A DNA stretch of 64,000 bases from the NCBI RefSeq assembly GCF_003991155.1, contig NZ_CP031294.1; one strand, 5' to 3'. Source of the DNA: Escherichia coli (GTDB lineage: Bacteria; Pseudomonadota; Gammaproteobacteria; Enterobacterales; Enterobacteriaceae). Under the pieces are notes generated by a model. That model searched no databases, was not told the DNA's origin, and worked only from the letters and a program-made list of their open reading frames with translations. Shown in pieces: positions 37,432 to 47,704 of the stretch. Every line of letters begins with the position of its first letter. The first letter of the stretch is position 1. The translations under genes and the position numbers were made by a program.

Positions 37432-40400
37432 TCAGTTACTTGTTGCCCCAACAGTACCTGCAAATTTCAGCCATTGACCTGACGGACTTCTATTACTACG
37501 GTAATGATAAACGAGGATTGCGTTTGTAACTCCACCGTAGTCAGCTTTATGTGACGTTGTTAAACGAATTGTATAATCACCGTTAGGTAGATTAAAAACT
37601 TCGATTATAGATTCTGCTAATTCTACAGCACCAAATCCCGTTATATTGTTGATACTGCCAGCATTGAATCCCATAGCATCGCCAAAGCCAATCCAATAAC
37701 TTTTGCTAAACGCCCCATTTGATTTTAGGTGGCTAATGAATGTGGACAAACTCATGCCCATATCCCCACCTGAAACAGAGGAAGTTCGCACAGTCATACT
37801 TGGAAGAGCACTGCTCTTCACATAGGAACTTAGAAGGTTTGTTACCTCTGTTTTCGTATAGGCATTAAGGTTAGCCGCAGTCAAAGTAATATCGGCAGAG
37901 CCATCAAACGCCACACCAGCAATTTTCCTTGCTGTCTGCAATTTTGTGGCAGTGGCAGCATTACCAGTAGTGTTCTGATTACCGGTTGTATTCACACCAG
38001 GTATTGAATCCTTAGCGGTATATACCTGCGCCCACGCAGACCATGCCGCATCAGTGGTATCTCTTCGGGAGCGAATGAAAACCGGCGCATGTGCACCGCT
38101 CGTACCACTCCAGCCAATAAGCAACTCGCCCTCACCAGCAGCACTCGCACCTTTCATGTGCAATACGTTGCCATACGTGGTCGGGTAGCTATTGCTGTAC
38201 GCCTCGTACATTTGAATGCCAGCAGTACCTTGAGCAGAACCGCTTAACGCCGTAACTCGGCCACGAGATACCAATGTATTAATGTTGATATCGCCTGAGC
38301 CATCAAACTTAACACCATTGATGTTTCTCGCTGTTTGCAACTTCGTAGCTGTTGAAGCATTACCGTTCAAACTACCATTTACGCCACCAGTCACATTTAG
38401 TCCATTACCAATTGATACAGCACCGCTGGTATTATTAATTGTAATAGGTCGCAAACCGTTCCATGAACCTAATGTGTCTCCTGATGCTGTTAGCATGAAA
38501 TATGTGTTCGATCCATCATTACGGATAAAGAACCCAAAGCTACCGTAAGCAATGCGGAAACCATTTGCATATTTTGAAATGATCTCGCCAGAAGATGTCA
38601 AACCTCCAGATAATGTACCACCGGTAAGAGGTAATGCACCGACATCAGAGGCTGTTGGTTTGTTTTTCGTGTTATATACTCTTCGCCATCCTGGAGAATA
38701 ATCTGTGCCATTAAATACATAGATAAACTCCGCATTAGTGAGAGCACCAGAGACACTCGTCGTTGTGGCCGTTGTTATACGGATCGTATAATTGTTTGAG
38801 CTACTACCGTTATTAAATACCTCTATAACAGCTCCTGCCAATGGAATAACGCCACAACCAGTTTCACTATTTGGTATGGTTGCACTATTGGCATAGGCCC
38901 ACGCACATCGAGCAATCCATGACTTTGTGTTAAATGCTCCATTATTTTGCAATAACGTCACTAACTGTGCTGTTGTTATTGCTCCGCCATTACTTCCTGT
39001 AGTTAACCAACCAGTAGGAGATGCCGGGCAACCTATATTTGCTGGCGACAAGGAAATATTTGCCGAGCCGTCAAACGACACCCCATTAATAGTACGCGCA
39101 GTCTGCAACTTCGTAGCAGTAGCCGCGTTGCCCGTTGTATTCTGATTACCAGTCGTATTAACACCTGGCAAATTAATATTCGCAGTACCATCAAAGCTCA
39201 CGCCGCCGATAGTTCTTGCCGTCTGAAGTTTTGTAGCAGTTGCAGCATTACCAGTGGTGTTCTGATTACCCGTAGTATTTACACCTGGAAGGTTGATATT
39301 TGCAGAACCGTCGAAACCAACTCCACCGATAGATCTTGCCGTCTGCAATTTCGTGGCTGTACTTGCATTACCATTCAATGAACCAGTTAATCCACCTGTA
39401 ACAGACAACGGACCTGAAACTGTTCCTCCGGTTGTTGGCAGTGCTCCAATATCTGATGGTGTAGGTTTCTGATGTGAGCTATACATCGTATAAACAACAC
39501 CATCGGTAACGCTGGAAGGCTTACTCGCTGAATATGTTGGCGAGGTATAAATAGAAACTGTCGCATTTGCAGTACAATCCCAATGGATATTTACACGAGT
39601 CGCATAATTGCCAATCTCAACGTAAATATCATATGTATCGCCGGATGTGTTGATCCAGGCGAAATTCGTTAATCCGACAGCTGTACGCTTCCACAAAGCA
39701 CCTGTAATCCCTTTGGGGTTTCCATTGCCTGCTCGTAGAACCAGTTCTGAAATGCCTGCCTGATGTGGGGAGCCGACGTTGTAACCAGCGCCACCAATCA
39801 ATGCGATGTAAACGATGGAACTCGCTTGTGGCATGGTAACCGTAGCCAGTTTGAACCACCCTGCCCCGCCAGAGAAAGACATCGTTACTGAATTTAAAGT
39901 ACCAATATCTTTCGGCGTTAATGTGATATCCGCAGTCAGTGCTTTACCGTTAACTTTTCGGTTAGATGGCACCCTGCTATTCGCATTGTCATTGGCTGCT
40001 TTAACTGCTTTTGGCGTTGCGGCCAGCGATTCACTGGTGCTGTCGACAGCACTGCTAAGTTTCACAACACCTTTAGTTGTAAGGCTTGCGTCTTCCATCG
40101 CAACTGCACCGGCAATCTCTTCAGCACGATCAGCAGCAGCTTCCGCACGGGTCGCAGCGGATTCAGCAGCAGTTTTGCTCTGAGATGCTGCCGTCGCACT
40201 GCCTGCCGCCTCTGTTGCTTTCGTGGATGCCGTCGTGGCACTGCCCTTCGCTGCTGACGCCTGTCTGGTCGCCTCATCTTTTGAAGCAGACGCAGATGAT
40301 GCCGATGACGCCGCCGAACTGGCGGACGATGCGGCAGCCGTTTTTGAGGATTCTGCGCTGGTTTCCGACGCTTTCGCGTTCGTTTCGGATGTCTTCGCTG

Positions 40401-41460
40401 CGGAAGCAGACCTCGCTGCTGCGCTGGCCTGTTCAGTGGCTTCGCCAGCCTTCGTTGTGGCTGTTGAAGCAGACGATGCGGCACTTTCTGCCGATTTTCC
40501 GGCGGCGGTGGCACTGGCTGAGGCCTGCCCGGCACTTGTTGACGCGGCACTGGCAGACGACGCAGCCGCTGTTTTTGAGCCTGCCGCAGCTGAGGCACTC
40601 TGTGCTGCTGCCGTCTCAGAAGACTTAGCGTTCGTCTCGGACGTTTTTGCCGCCTTCGCGGAATTGCCTGCCGCTGTTGCCGAGGAGGCTGCACTACTGG
40701 CGCTCAAGGATGCGTTCGTTTCTGATGATTTCGCTGCCTCTTTTGAGGCCGCCGCATCCCGGACTGAGGTGGCAGCTTCTGACGCTTTCGTGGTCGCGGT
40801 GGATGCAGAAGTGGCTGCTGATTGTTGTGACGCTGCGGCATTCGTTTCAGATTTTTTCGCAGCAGTTGCACTCGCACTTGCGGCACTTTGTGAGGATGCC
40901 GCAGCGGATGCACTTTGAGACGCTTGAGAGGCTTTTTCTCCAGCGGTATTGGCGCTTTCTGCTGCTGCGGCAGCACTGGCCGCCGCCTCACGAGCTTTGT
41001 CGCCAGCAGCATCAATCGCGTCAGTGTTATTTTTATACCACTCAACGTTTTCGTTGTGCTCGTTGACGATCTGCATTAGCGGCTTAACGGTTACTTCTGT
41101 ACCGTCTTCACGCTCGATTGTCACCTCATCCAGAGCAGTCAACCAACTGCGCATAGACTTGGAATCAGCCGACATACGCGACATTAGTGCTGTAAAGCGC
41201 GCGCTAAACTGTGTTAAGTCGCCTTCATAGGTCGTAATGATTCGGCACGGAACCTCAGACTGAGTTTCGCCGGTATAAGGTTCTGAGAGAACAATATTCG
41301 TATCGCTTATTACGCGCTTGATCTCATACAGCTTATTGTCGGGGCCAATGACGATCATCCCCGGCAACACACCATTAGCTGTTACGTTCCAGGCTGTCCC
41401 TGCCCCAACCAGAGTATTGCTACCCTGTGTAAATGTGATAGTACCTTCCCTGTACCACAT
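37432..41460 (-). CDS. Side tail fiber protein
   Basis: 1342 aa; long Ala/Ser/Thr-rich coiled segment; five copies of the fibre repeat ATKLQTAR.I.GV.FDG.A.I; C-terminal receptor-binding-like domain. Confidence 0.7.
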   Translation of the reverse strand: MWYREGTITFTQGSNTLVGAGTAWNVTANGVLPGMIVIGPDNKLYEIKRVISDTNIVLSEPYTGETQSEVPCRIITTYEGDLTQFSARFTALMSRMSADSKSMRSWLTALDEVTIEREDGTEVTVKPLMQIVNEHNENVEWYKNNTDAIDAAGDKAREAAASAAAAAESANTAGEKASQASQSASAAASSQSAASASATAAKKSETNAAASQQSAATSASTATTKASEAATSVRDAAASKEAAKSSETNASLSASSAASSATAAGNSAKAAKTSETNAKSSETAAAQSASAAAGSKTAAASSASAASTSAGQASASATAAGKSAESAASSASTATTKAGEATEQASAAARSASAAKTSETNAKASETSAESSKTAAASSASSAASSASSASASKDEATRQASAAKGSATTASTKATEAAGSATAASQSKTAAESAATRAEAAADRAEEIAGAVAMEDASLTTKGVVKLSSAVDSTSESLAATPKAVKAANDNANSRVPSNRKVNGKALTADITLTPKDIGTLNSVTMSFSGGAGWFKLATVTMPQASSIVYIALIGGAGYNVGSPHQAGISELVLRAGNGNPKGITGALWKRTAVGLTNFAWINTSGDTYDIYVEIGNYATRVNIHWDCTANATVSIYTSPTYSASKPSSVTDGVVYTMYSSHQKPTPSDIGALPTTGGTVSGPLSVTGGLTGSLNGNASTATKLQTARSIGGVGFDGSANINLPGVNTTGNQNTTGNAATATKLQTARTIGGVSFDGTANINLPGVNTTGNQNTTGNAATATKLQTARTINGVSFDGSANISLSPANIGCPASPTGWLTTGSNGGAITTAQLVTLLQNNGAFNTKSWIARCAWAYANSATIPNSETGCGVIPLAGAVIEVFNNGSSSNNYTIRITTATTTSVSGALTNAEFIYVFNGTDYSPGWRRVYNTKNKPTASDVGALPLTGGTLSGGLTSSGEIISKYANGFRIAYGSFGFFIRNDGSNTYFMLTASGDTLGSWNGLRPITINNTSGAVSIGNGLNVTGGVNGSLNGNASTATKLQTARNINGVKFDGSGDININTLVSRGRVTALSGSAQGTAGIQMYEAYSNSYPTTYGNVLHMKGASAAGEGELLIGWSGTSGAHAPVFIRSRRDTTDAAWSAWAQVYTAKDSIPGVNTTGNQNTTGNAATATKLQTARKIAGVAFDGSADITLTAANLNAYTKTEVTNLLSSYVKSSALPSMTVRTSSVSGGDMGMSLSTFISHLKSNGAFSKSYWIGFGDAMGFNAGSINNITGFGAVELAESIIEVFNLPNGDYTIRLTTSHKADYGGVTNAILVYHYRSNRSPSGQWLKFAGTVGATSN

Positions 41461-41553
41461 GTTGAATATGCTCCTTGATTTGGCGGGTTATCCTTGCCCG
41501 CCATTAAGTAAATACTTACCTATTTTTACCGATATAAAATTTTTTTTCCACCA

Positions 41554-44500
41554 TCACAGACGGCCAATTCTTACTCGTAGGACGTTGTTATCGTCATAAA
41601 CGTCAATCCGCTGACCATTTATAACCAATCTCCCATTGCCGCCGCTATTACCGTTGATCTCAAGCGTTCCATTTTTGCCGAACCGCCATCCAGATCTACC
41701 GCTAACAAAATTGGTAGATTGCAGATCGCCTACTTTTGCATTGGTGATTGTGCCATCCTTGATATACGCTCCATTCATATAGGCGATACTGTTTTCGATA
41801 ACAAATGGCGTTGTGATCTTCCCGTTAACAGAGTTGACCAAACCAAACCTGTCCGCCTGAACCAAAAACTGAGATAGCCCAGTGGTGTCAATACCAAGCG
41901 CAATACCGGCAACATACTTCTGCCCTCCGCTCGTTGAAGTCTCCATTTTCAACGTCCACGCGGTTGATACTTTTTTGTTGGTATCAGCAATAGCTGTTGC
42001 CTGCTGTTGAATTGTCGCGGTATTTCCATCCACCTCTGCTTTCAGAGTATCGATTCGCCCACTCAGAGCATTATCTGCCTGCGTTCTCGCTGTCGTTTCA
42101 GTTGTGACCGCCGCAGAAATGTTGGCTGCTGTTTGAGACTCTAAGTTTGTGATTTGAGTCGCCAATGCAGCATCTTGCTCTGTACGCGTTTTCGTTTCGG
42201 TTGCTACAGCCGCTTTAATATCCTCTTTGTATTGAGAGGTCAGCTTGGTGATCTGAGACGACAACGCCGAGTCAGCATCAGTTCGAGCCTGCGTTTCAAC
42301 TGCAACGGCCGCACTAATATCTTTCGCTGTCTGTGCTTTTAAACTTGAAACCTCTTTTGTTAAAGCGGTATCACCATCTGCACGAGCCGTTGTTTCTCTG
42401 GCAAGAGACGCCTCGAGATCATTAGCTTTTGCTGTAAGAGACGTAATCTGGGTAGACAATGCACTATCGGCATCAGTCCTTGCTTTTGTCTCTACAGCAA
42501 CCGCTGCGGCAATATCAGTTCCGGTTTGTGCTCGCAGGCTGTTAATTTCTCGTGAGAGCGCCTGGTCAGCACTTGCTCTGGCCTCCTGCTCCTGAGTGAT
42601 GGCCGCGGATATATCACCGTCAACCTTTGACTGAAGCTGGTTTATTTGTTTGGCTAACGCAGAGTCCCCGCTTGCTCGGGCCTCCTGCTCACTACGTATT
42701 GCAGCAGAAATATCATCATCAACCTTTGCCTGAAGTTGGGTGATCTGGCTTGCCAGAGCCGAATCTTCCGTTGCTCGGGCTTCTTGCTCTTCCTTAATAG
42801 CTGCGACGATATCGTTGCTTACTTTCGACTCAAGCTGAGTGATCTGTGTCGTCAGAGCTTCATCGGCAGATGTACGAGCCTCCTGCTCTGTACTAATCGC
42901 CGCGCTGATATCTCCTTCAAACTTAGATTGCAGCTGAGTGACACGCTTTGCCAACGCTTCATCGCCATCGGCACGAGCGGTGGACTCTTCCAGAATACTG
43001 GCCTTAATGTCTTCGCCAATTTCTACGCGAATTTCCTCAACCTTCGTGGCCATTGCAGACATATCATCAGCAAAGGTTTTCTGTGTTGTTGCGATCTTCG
43101 CGTTATTGACCATCTGCTTGTGCTGGTCTTCATCTTGACGAAGAGCCAGGTCAATATTTGTTTTGGCTAACGCCTCAATGTTCGTAGTCAGTTCTGCACT
43201 GGCACGATCGACCTCTGCAACCGTCTTTTTCATTTCTTCAACGGCAGCGGAGCTTTCCTCTACCGTTGACTGCAACACTTCCAGTTGTTTAGCGTTTGCA
43301 GCATCGCCTTCAACACGAGCCTCGCTTTCCTTAGCAATAAGAGCCGCCGCTTCATCTCTTGCAGCCTTTATTGCCTCGACTGTATTAGCGAGAGCTTTAT
43401 CGTGTTCAGATACGGTGTTTTCGATTTCAACAATTGCAGCATCAGTAGCATCAATTTTTTCAAACGCTTCATTGACCTTGTCGATCGTTGCCGAAACCTC
43501 ACCTTTAAGCTCGGTTTGTGCGTTCTCCAAAGCATCGCTACGCTCGTTGAATTTTATTTCAAAATCCGCGAGGTTATCGCTGAACTGCTTATCTAATTCA
43601 GCTATATCTTCCTTAACGTCGTTTACCGCCCCCTCCAAAGATTCGACGCTCTGGTTGATATGCTCATTTAACTCGTCAACTGCTTCTTGAGAGGCTTTGC
43701 TGTTGATGTCCTCAAGCAGAGCCTGACCAAGCTCGGAAGATGTAATTTTGCCAGTCAGGAACGACAGTACATCGCGAGTTGTCGCCTCTGTACCCAAGTT
43801 TGAGTTCGGAGGACTTAACATACCTCGCTTGTTCGATGCTCGAACCCAGTAATACCACGTTTCGCTATCCCCAAGACCAGCATGTGTAAAGGTGGTGCTT
43901 GCAGACTCTGCGATCAGTTTCGCCGTATCCAGATTGTTGGTCTGGGATGCGTAAACATTAATGTGATCAAGGTCTACCGAATCTGGATTAACCCAATTCA
44001 GTATCACATTACGATAGTCTCCAACGGCCGTTAATGACGTTGGGGCATCCGGCGGTGTCATTGTGCCCAACACCTGATAAACGGTACTGATAATCTCTGT
44101 TTTTTTACCGTTGAATGAAACCGCATACAGCTGGAAGTCGTAGCGTCCATTCTCCGCGACATTAACGATTTCGTATTGCTCTTCGGTTACACGCGCCGAT
44201 TGCCAGTTCGATACATTGTTTTCATCAGAACGTCGCCAACTGATCCAATACTCTGGAGATTTCCCTTCCCATGTTGCAGTCAGTTTTACTGACAGGTTGC
44301 CCGGGCTTGAGAGATAAGTCCCTTCAGTGATTTGCAGATTAGATGGCTTGGAGTAAGTTGGGTCCAATACCGTCGTATTCTGCGGGATCAGCGTTGCACC
44401 ATTGTCGATTGCCTCATATTTAGACGGATTGTTCTCAACAGCGGTGATGTCAAAGCTACCCGGCGTTTCCCCTTGCGCGATGTTAACGATGCGAACGCGC

Positions 44501-46287
44501 ATAGGTTCGAGGTCTGGTTCTGTAATAGTCCAGACGCCGTTCAAAACAGGCGTTTCAGCCGAAGACAGGGCTTTTGAAAACGTAACTTTTGTTATATTTT
44601 CGCCAGTTTCAAGAACATCGCGTTCAACGATTTTGCCTTCCTGATTCAGTATTCGAATAAAGCAGCCGCCTTTGGCTAACGACACAGGCGCATCGAGTGT
44701 GACGCTGTTTTTGGTAAACGCCACAATTCGACCTGAGTTACGTTTGCCTGCGCGATATTTGTTCTGAATCAGAACGGTTTCACCAGGCATCAGAAATGAC
44801 GCGTCTAAGCCGGCAGTAAATGTAATTACATCCGACTCCATTCTGGCGGTATATAAAAGCCACAAACCAACTCGGTGAGCCTGCCCTCGGCTTGTACAGC
44901 CAAATGCTACGACTTCTGTTTTACGCTCACCATAACGGCGCATTGCGTCCTGATCTTCGACGTACTCGATGTTTTGCTTATAACCGTCCTCCTTGTTGTT
45001 GTAGGTTACGAGCGCAACGGATGGGCGATCTTTACGCGCAGAACCTTTATAGGTAAACAATCCATCTTTGACGTTAGAGTTGGTAAACATCATTACCGGA
45101 TCTGATGGGCTATCCTGCATGATGTTAACCATCCCACCAGCCCAAAACACCATGCCGCGGAATGCTCCGGCAATATCCTGAATTAGCCGGTATGCGTCCT
45201 GTCGACTGGTGATCTGCGTATTGATTGCAAAGCGTTTCTCTTTGCCACCAAAGCCATCATCGACCTCTTCGTCACAATATCGACCAATCTGGTACAACTG
45301 GCCAAGGTCAATCATAGATTCCGACACATACTGACCAAGGCCATATCGAGCATTGGTCAGCAAATCAAAGAGAATCCACGCGGGGTTCGAAGAAGACAAC
45401 AGCTTAAAAGTGCCATCCCATACCCCAGCGTAAGTGTTACTGGACTCGTTATAGTTTGAAGGTACTCGAATTTTTAGGCCACGCACCAGATAAGAGCGAG
45501 ATGGCATGGTGCTGCCGAATTGCTCAGAGTTTACCTTCAATCCAACCAAAACAGAGTTTGGATAGTTCATCGGTGTATCGACAATTTCCCCGATTGAATC
45601 CACCCATGTATCGTTATAGAGATACTGGCTACTGTTATCATCGGTAATACGGACCACACGAACCTTGTATGCTCGTCCAGGCTTAGGCAGCTTCAGCTCA
45701 TAGCTACGGTAATAAACGCCGGTCTTCTTTGCTGTTAGCTTAATGCCAACGCTTTTTTCACCTTCAGCGACCACATCTACAAATGTTGAGTCGCCATTTG
45801 CTATCTGGAACTTGTACTCAACAGTCGTACCGTTCGTGTCACCAGTTTTTTTATCTATGCTTCGCAAAGAAGGAAACTTCATGATGACACGAACCCGATC
45901 AGCTTCATCGTTATCGATTGAAACCGTTACATAATGTGTTTTTTTTAACTGGATATTGACGGATTTAGGCGTTTCAACGAAATCAAAGCCAGACATTGGA
46001 GTCTGGTCTTGTGAACCGTCGCGAAAATCCCATGTGATTCCGCTGAAGTTGGAGGAACCGTCTTCATTTACAATCGGCAGATCGTCGATAAAAATAGATC
46101 TTGCGCCATTTACTAAGCCGCCAATTACCCCTTCCCCAAGAAGATCGAGGATAGCGGCCATTGCACGAGAATTTACGGTATCGTCGGCTTCAACCGGTGT
46201 ACGGCTGGAGCTTTTGCTGCTTTTTTTACCACCCGCACCGGCAATAAACAGCGGTAGCTTTTTCTTCTTGAACTGTTCCATGTTCAA
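41554..46287 (-). CDS. Central tail fiber / host specificity protein (lambda gpJ-like)
   Basis: Segments matching my recollection of lambda J, e.g. AFGCTSRGQAHRVGLWLL and C-terminal YVAGIALG...SQFLVQADR; 1577 aa with an inserted tandem-repeat coiled-coil region. Confidence 0.85.
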   Translation of the reverse strand: MNMEQFKKKKLPLFIAGAGGKKSSKSSSRTPVEADDTVNSRAMAAILDLLGEGVIGGLVNGARSIFIDDLPIVNEDGSSNFSGITWDFRDGSQDQTPMSGFDFVETPKSVNIQLKKTHYVTVSIDNDEADRVRVIMKFPSLRSIDKKTGDTNGTTVEYKFQIANGDSTFVDVVAEGEKSVGIKLTAKKTGVYYRSYELKLPKPGRAYKVRVVRITDDNSSQYLYNDTWVDSIGEIVDTPMNYPNSVLVGLKVNSEQFGSTMPSRSYLVRGLKIRVPSNYNESSNTYAGVWDGTFKLLSSSNPAWILFDLLTNARYGLGQYVSESMIDLGQLYQIGRYCDEEVDDGFGGKEKRFAINTQITSRQDAYRLIQDIAGAFRGMVFWAGGMVNIMQDSPSDPVMMFTNSNVKDGLFTYKGSARKDRPSVALVTYNNKEDGYKQNIEYVEDQDAMRRYGERKTEVVAFGCTSRGQAHRVGLWLLYTARMESDVITFTAGLDASFLMPGETVLIQNKYRAGKRNSGRIVAFTKNSVTLDAPVSLAKGGCFIRILNQEGKIVERDVLETGENITKVTFSKALSSAETPVLNGVWTITEPDLEPMRVRIVNIAQGETPGSFDITAVENNPSKYEAIDNGATLIPQNTTVLDPTYSKPSNLQITEGTYLSSPGNLSVKLTATWEGKSPEYWISWRRSDENNVSNWQSARVTEEQYEIVNVAENGRYDFQLYAVSFNGKKTEIISTVYQVLGTMTPPDAPTSLTAVGDYRNVILNWVNPDSVDLDHINVYASQTNNLDTAKLIAESASTTFTHAGLGDSETWYYWVRASNKRGMLSPPNSNLGTEATTRDVLSFLTGKITSSELGQALLEDINSKASQEAVDELNEHINQSVESLEGAVNDVKEDIAELDKQFSDNLADFEIKFNERSDALENAQTELKGEVSATIDKVNEAFEKIDATDAAIVEIENTVSEHDKALANTVEAIKAARDEAAALIAKESEARVEGDAANAKQLEVLQSTVEESSAAVEEMKKTVAEVDRASAELTTNIEALAKTNIDLALRQDEDQHKQMVNNAKIATTQKTFADDMSAMATKVEEIRVEIGEDIKASILEESTARADGDEALAKRVTQLQSKFEGDISAAISTEQEARTSADEALTTQITQLESKVSNDIVAAIKEEQEARATEDSALASQITQLQAKVDDDISAAIRSEQEARASGDSALAKQINQLQSKVDGDISAAITQEQEARASADQALSREINSLRAQTGTDIAAAVAVETKARTDADSALSTQITSLTAKANDLEASLARETTARADGDTALTKEVSSLKAQTAKDISAAVAVETQARTDADSALSSQITKLTSQYKEDIKAAVATETKTRTEQDAALATQITNLESQTAANISAAVTTETTARTQADNALSGRIDTLKAEVDGNTATIQQQATAIADTNKKVSTAWTLKMETSTSGGQKYVAGIALGIDTTGLSQFLVQADRFGLVNSVNGKITTPFVIENSIAYMNGAYIKDGTITNAKVGDLQSTNFVSGRSGWRFGKNGTLEINGNSGGNGRLVINGQRIDVYDDNNVLRVRIGRL

Positions 46288-46298
46288 AAAATCCTTGT

Positions 46299-46892
46299 TT
46301 ACATTAGCTGGTCAATCGTGATTGAAGAACTCACAACCTGTGAGCCAACCAGAATTTCCTCGCCATAGATAAGTTGTACTGGGTTGCCCTGGTTTTCTGT
46401 ATTTTGAGGGCCGTCGAAATAATAAGAGTTCGAGTTATCTGCCTGTCTCACACTTTCGTTAGTGGCTTGCGGCGATATGATTTGTGATATGCCGCCCATC
46501 ATCAGTGACAAACCGAGAGGTGCTAAAGCAGGCATCACTACCGCCGATACAACCAACAAAGCGGCCCCTACTACCGTCTGAAACCACCCAAAAGCAGATC
46601 CACCGCTTCCTCGCGGAACAGGTGTAATGCGGATTTTGGCAATGTTGTCAGACTGCCCCATCATCTGATATTCACTTTCGTCAACAGACCACTTGTGGCC
46701 CTGTTTATTGGTGATCTGGATGTGGTAACGGTCATAGGTTTTGATATTGCGCTTCATCCATGCTTTAAACCCAGGCTTGTTGGCCTCAATTAAATCCAGA
46801 GCCTGTTTTGTATTGCGCACCTTTAGATGCCAGTGGCGGCCAAAATGTTTGGCCATAGGGCCGCCAAGCTGCACATGAACTAACTCAGACAC
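46299..46892 (-). CDS. Tail assembly protein (lambda gpI-like)
   Basis: Position between K-like and J-like genes; C-terminal hydrophobic Gly-rich stretch; 197 aa. Confidence 0.55.
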   Translation of the reverse strand: MSELVHVQLGGPMAKHFGRHWHLKVRNTKQALDLIEANKPGFKAWMKRNIKTYDRYHIQITNKQGHKWSVDESEYQMMGQSDNIAKIRITPVPRGSGGSAFGWFQTVVGAALLVVSAVVMPALAPLGLSLMMGGISQIISPQATNESVRQADNSNSYYFDGPQNTENQGNPVQLIYGEEILVGSQVVSSSITIDQLM

Positions 46893-47704
46893 GTCTCATC
46901 TCCCTTGAGCAAGTCTCTGTGACGCAAGTGATGCGTCGTATGTTTCTGATACATTCCGCCGTAATAAGCACGACAACTAAGACGGTCGATCTGGTGATGA
47001 AGAATCATTCCATCGCCGATATAAACCGCGCAGTGATCTGGCATTTTCCCGTATTGAATAAAGAAGACGTCCCCACGTTGAGGCTCTGTTCCAGGTGCAA
47101 GCCGTACCAATCCCTCGTTTCGGTAGTTCTGGTCGAGAATGTCGTTATCGCCGGTGTACCACGATGGAATATGCAGGTGTGCGTTCGGGTTAAGCTCGAC
47201 GTTAAACTCACGCTTCAAATAGTCCCGACACAACATCCAGCAATCGAATACGCCAAATACATACGGTCTACCCAGGTATGGCATTTCGAAACCATCAGGT
47301 GTGATCACATTCATCTCGCTAAAATGGAAAGGGGCATCTCCCTCAACATTCTTGCGAATAGCCAGAATCATCCACGGAACTTCCGTCGCTTCACAGCCTG
47401 CACGATCGGCATCAGATGCTTCTGCTGATTCATCAGTATGTGAATGCCAGATTGCGATTACGTCACCTGCATCCTCTGCCGCCATAATGTCGTCAACGTG
47501 CATTACAAAAGTGTTCTGCGGGTTCTCCGAAACATTTCGCGCTTCCATAAAGCGATATTTGTCGCCATTAGTTCTCACCAGAAAGCCACACGCTTCATTA
47601 GGGTAGCGATTTATGGCGCAGAGATAGATTTGCTGCATAACATCAGAGCCAAGCTCAGGGATTGCTTTATTACCCATATCGCGTAGCTCCAATAAACCCG
47701 CCAA
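46880..47704 (-). CDS. Tail assembly protein (lambda gpK-like, MPN/JAMM + NlpC/P60 domains)
   Basis: MPN-type metal motif AIWHSHTDESAEASDADRAG; Cys/His peptidase-like C-terminal half; conserved gene order. Confidence 0.75.
   Translation of the reverse strand: MAGLLELRDMGNKAIPELGSDVMQQIYLCAINRYPNEACGFLVRTNGDKYRFMEARNVSENPQNTFVMHVDDIMAAEDAGDVIAIWHSHTDESAEASDADRAGCEATEVPWMILAIRKNVEGDAPFHFSEMNVITPDGFEMPYLGRPYVFGVFDCWMLCRDYLKREFNVELNPNAHLHIPSWYTGDNDILDQNYRNEGLVRLAPGTEPQRGDVFFIQYGKMPDHCAVYIGDGMILHHQIDRLSCRAYYGGMYQKHTTHHLRHRDLLKGDETCLS

Noticed and set aside
40062-41066. Several long ORFs on both strands and in alternative frames (40062-40694, 40223-40918, 40647-41066, 40704-41045) rich in Pro/Arg/Gln or Ala/Asp
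   Set aside because: They lie inside the Ala/Ser-rich low-complexity coiled segment of the side tail fiber gene (37432-41460). GC-rich triplet repetition keeps every frame open, so they are artefacts.
42154-43690. Plus-strand ORFs 42154-42342, 42736-43170, 42938-43138, 43163-43690, 43285-43596
   Set aside because: They are antisense to the tandem-repeat region of the gpJ-like gene; the repetitive sequence generates spurious open frames with Ser/Leu-rich low-complexity translations.
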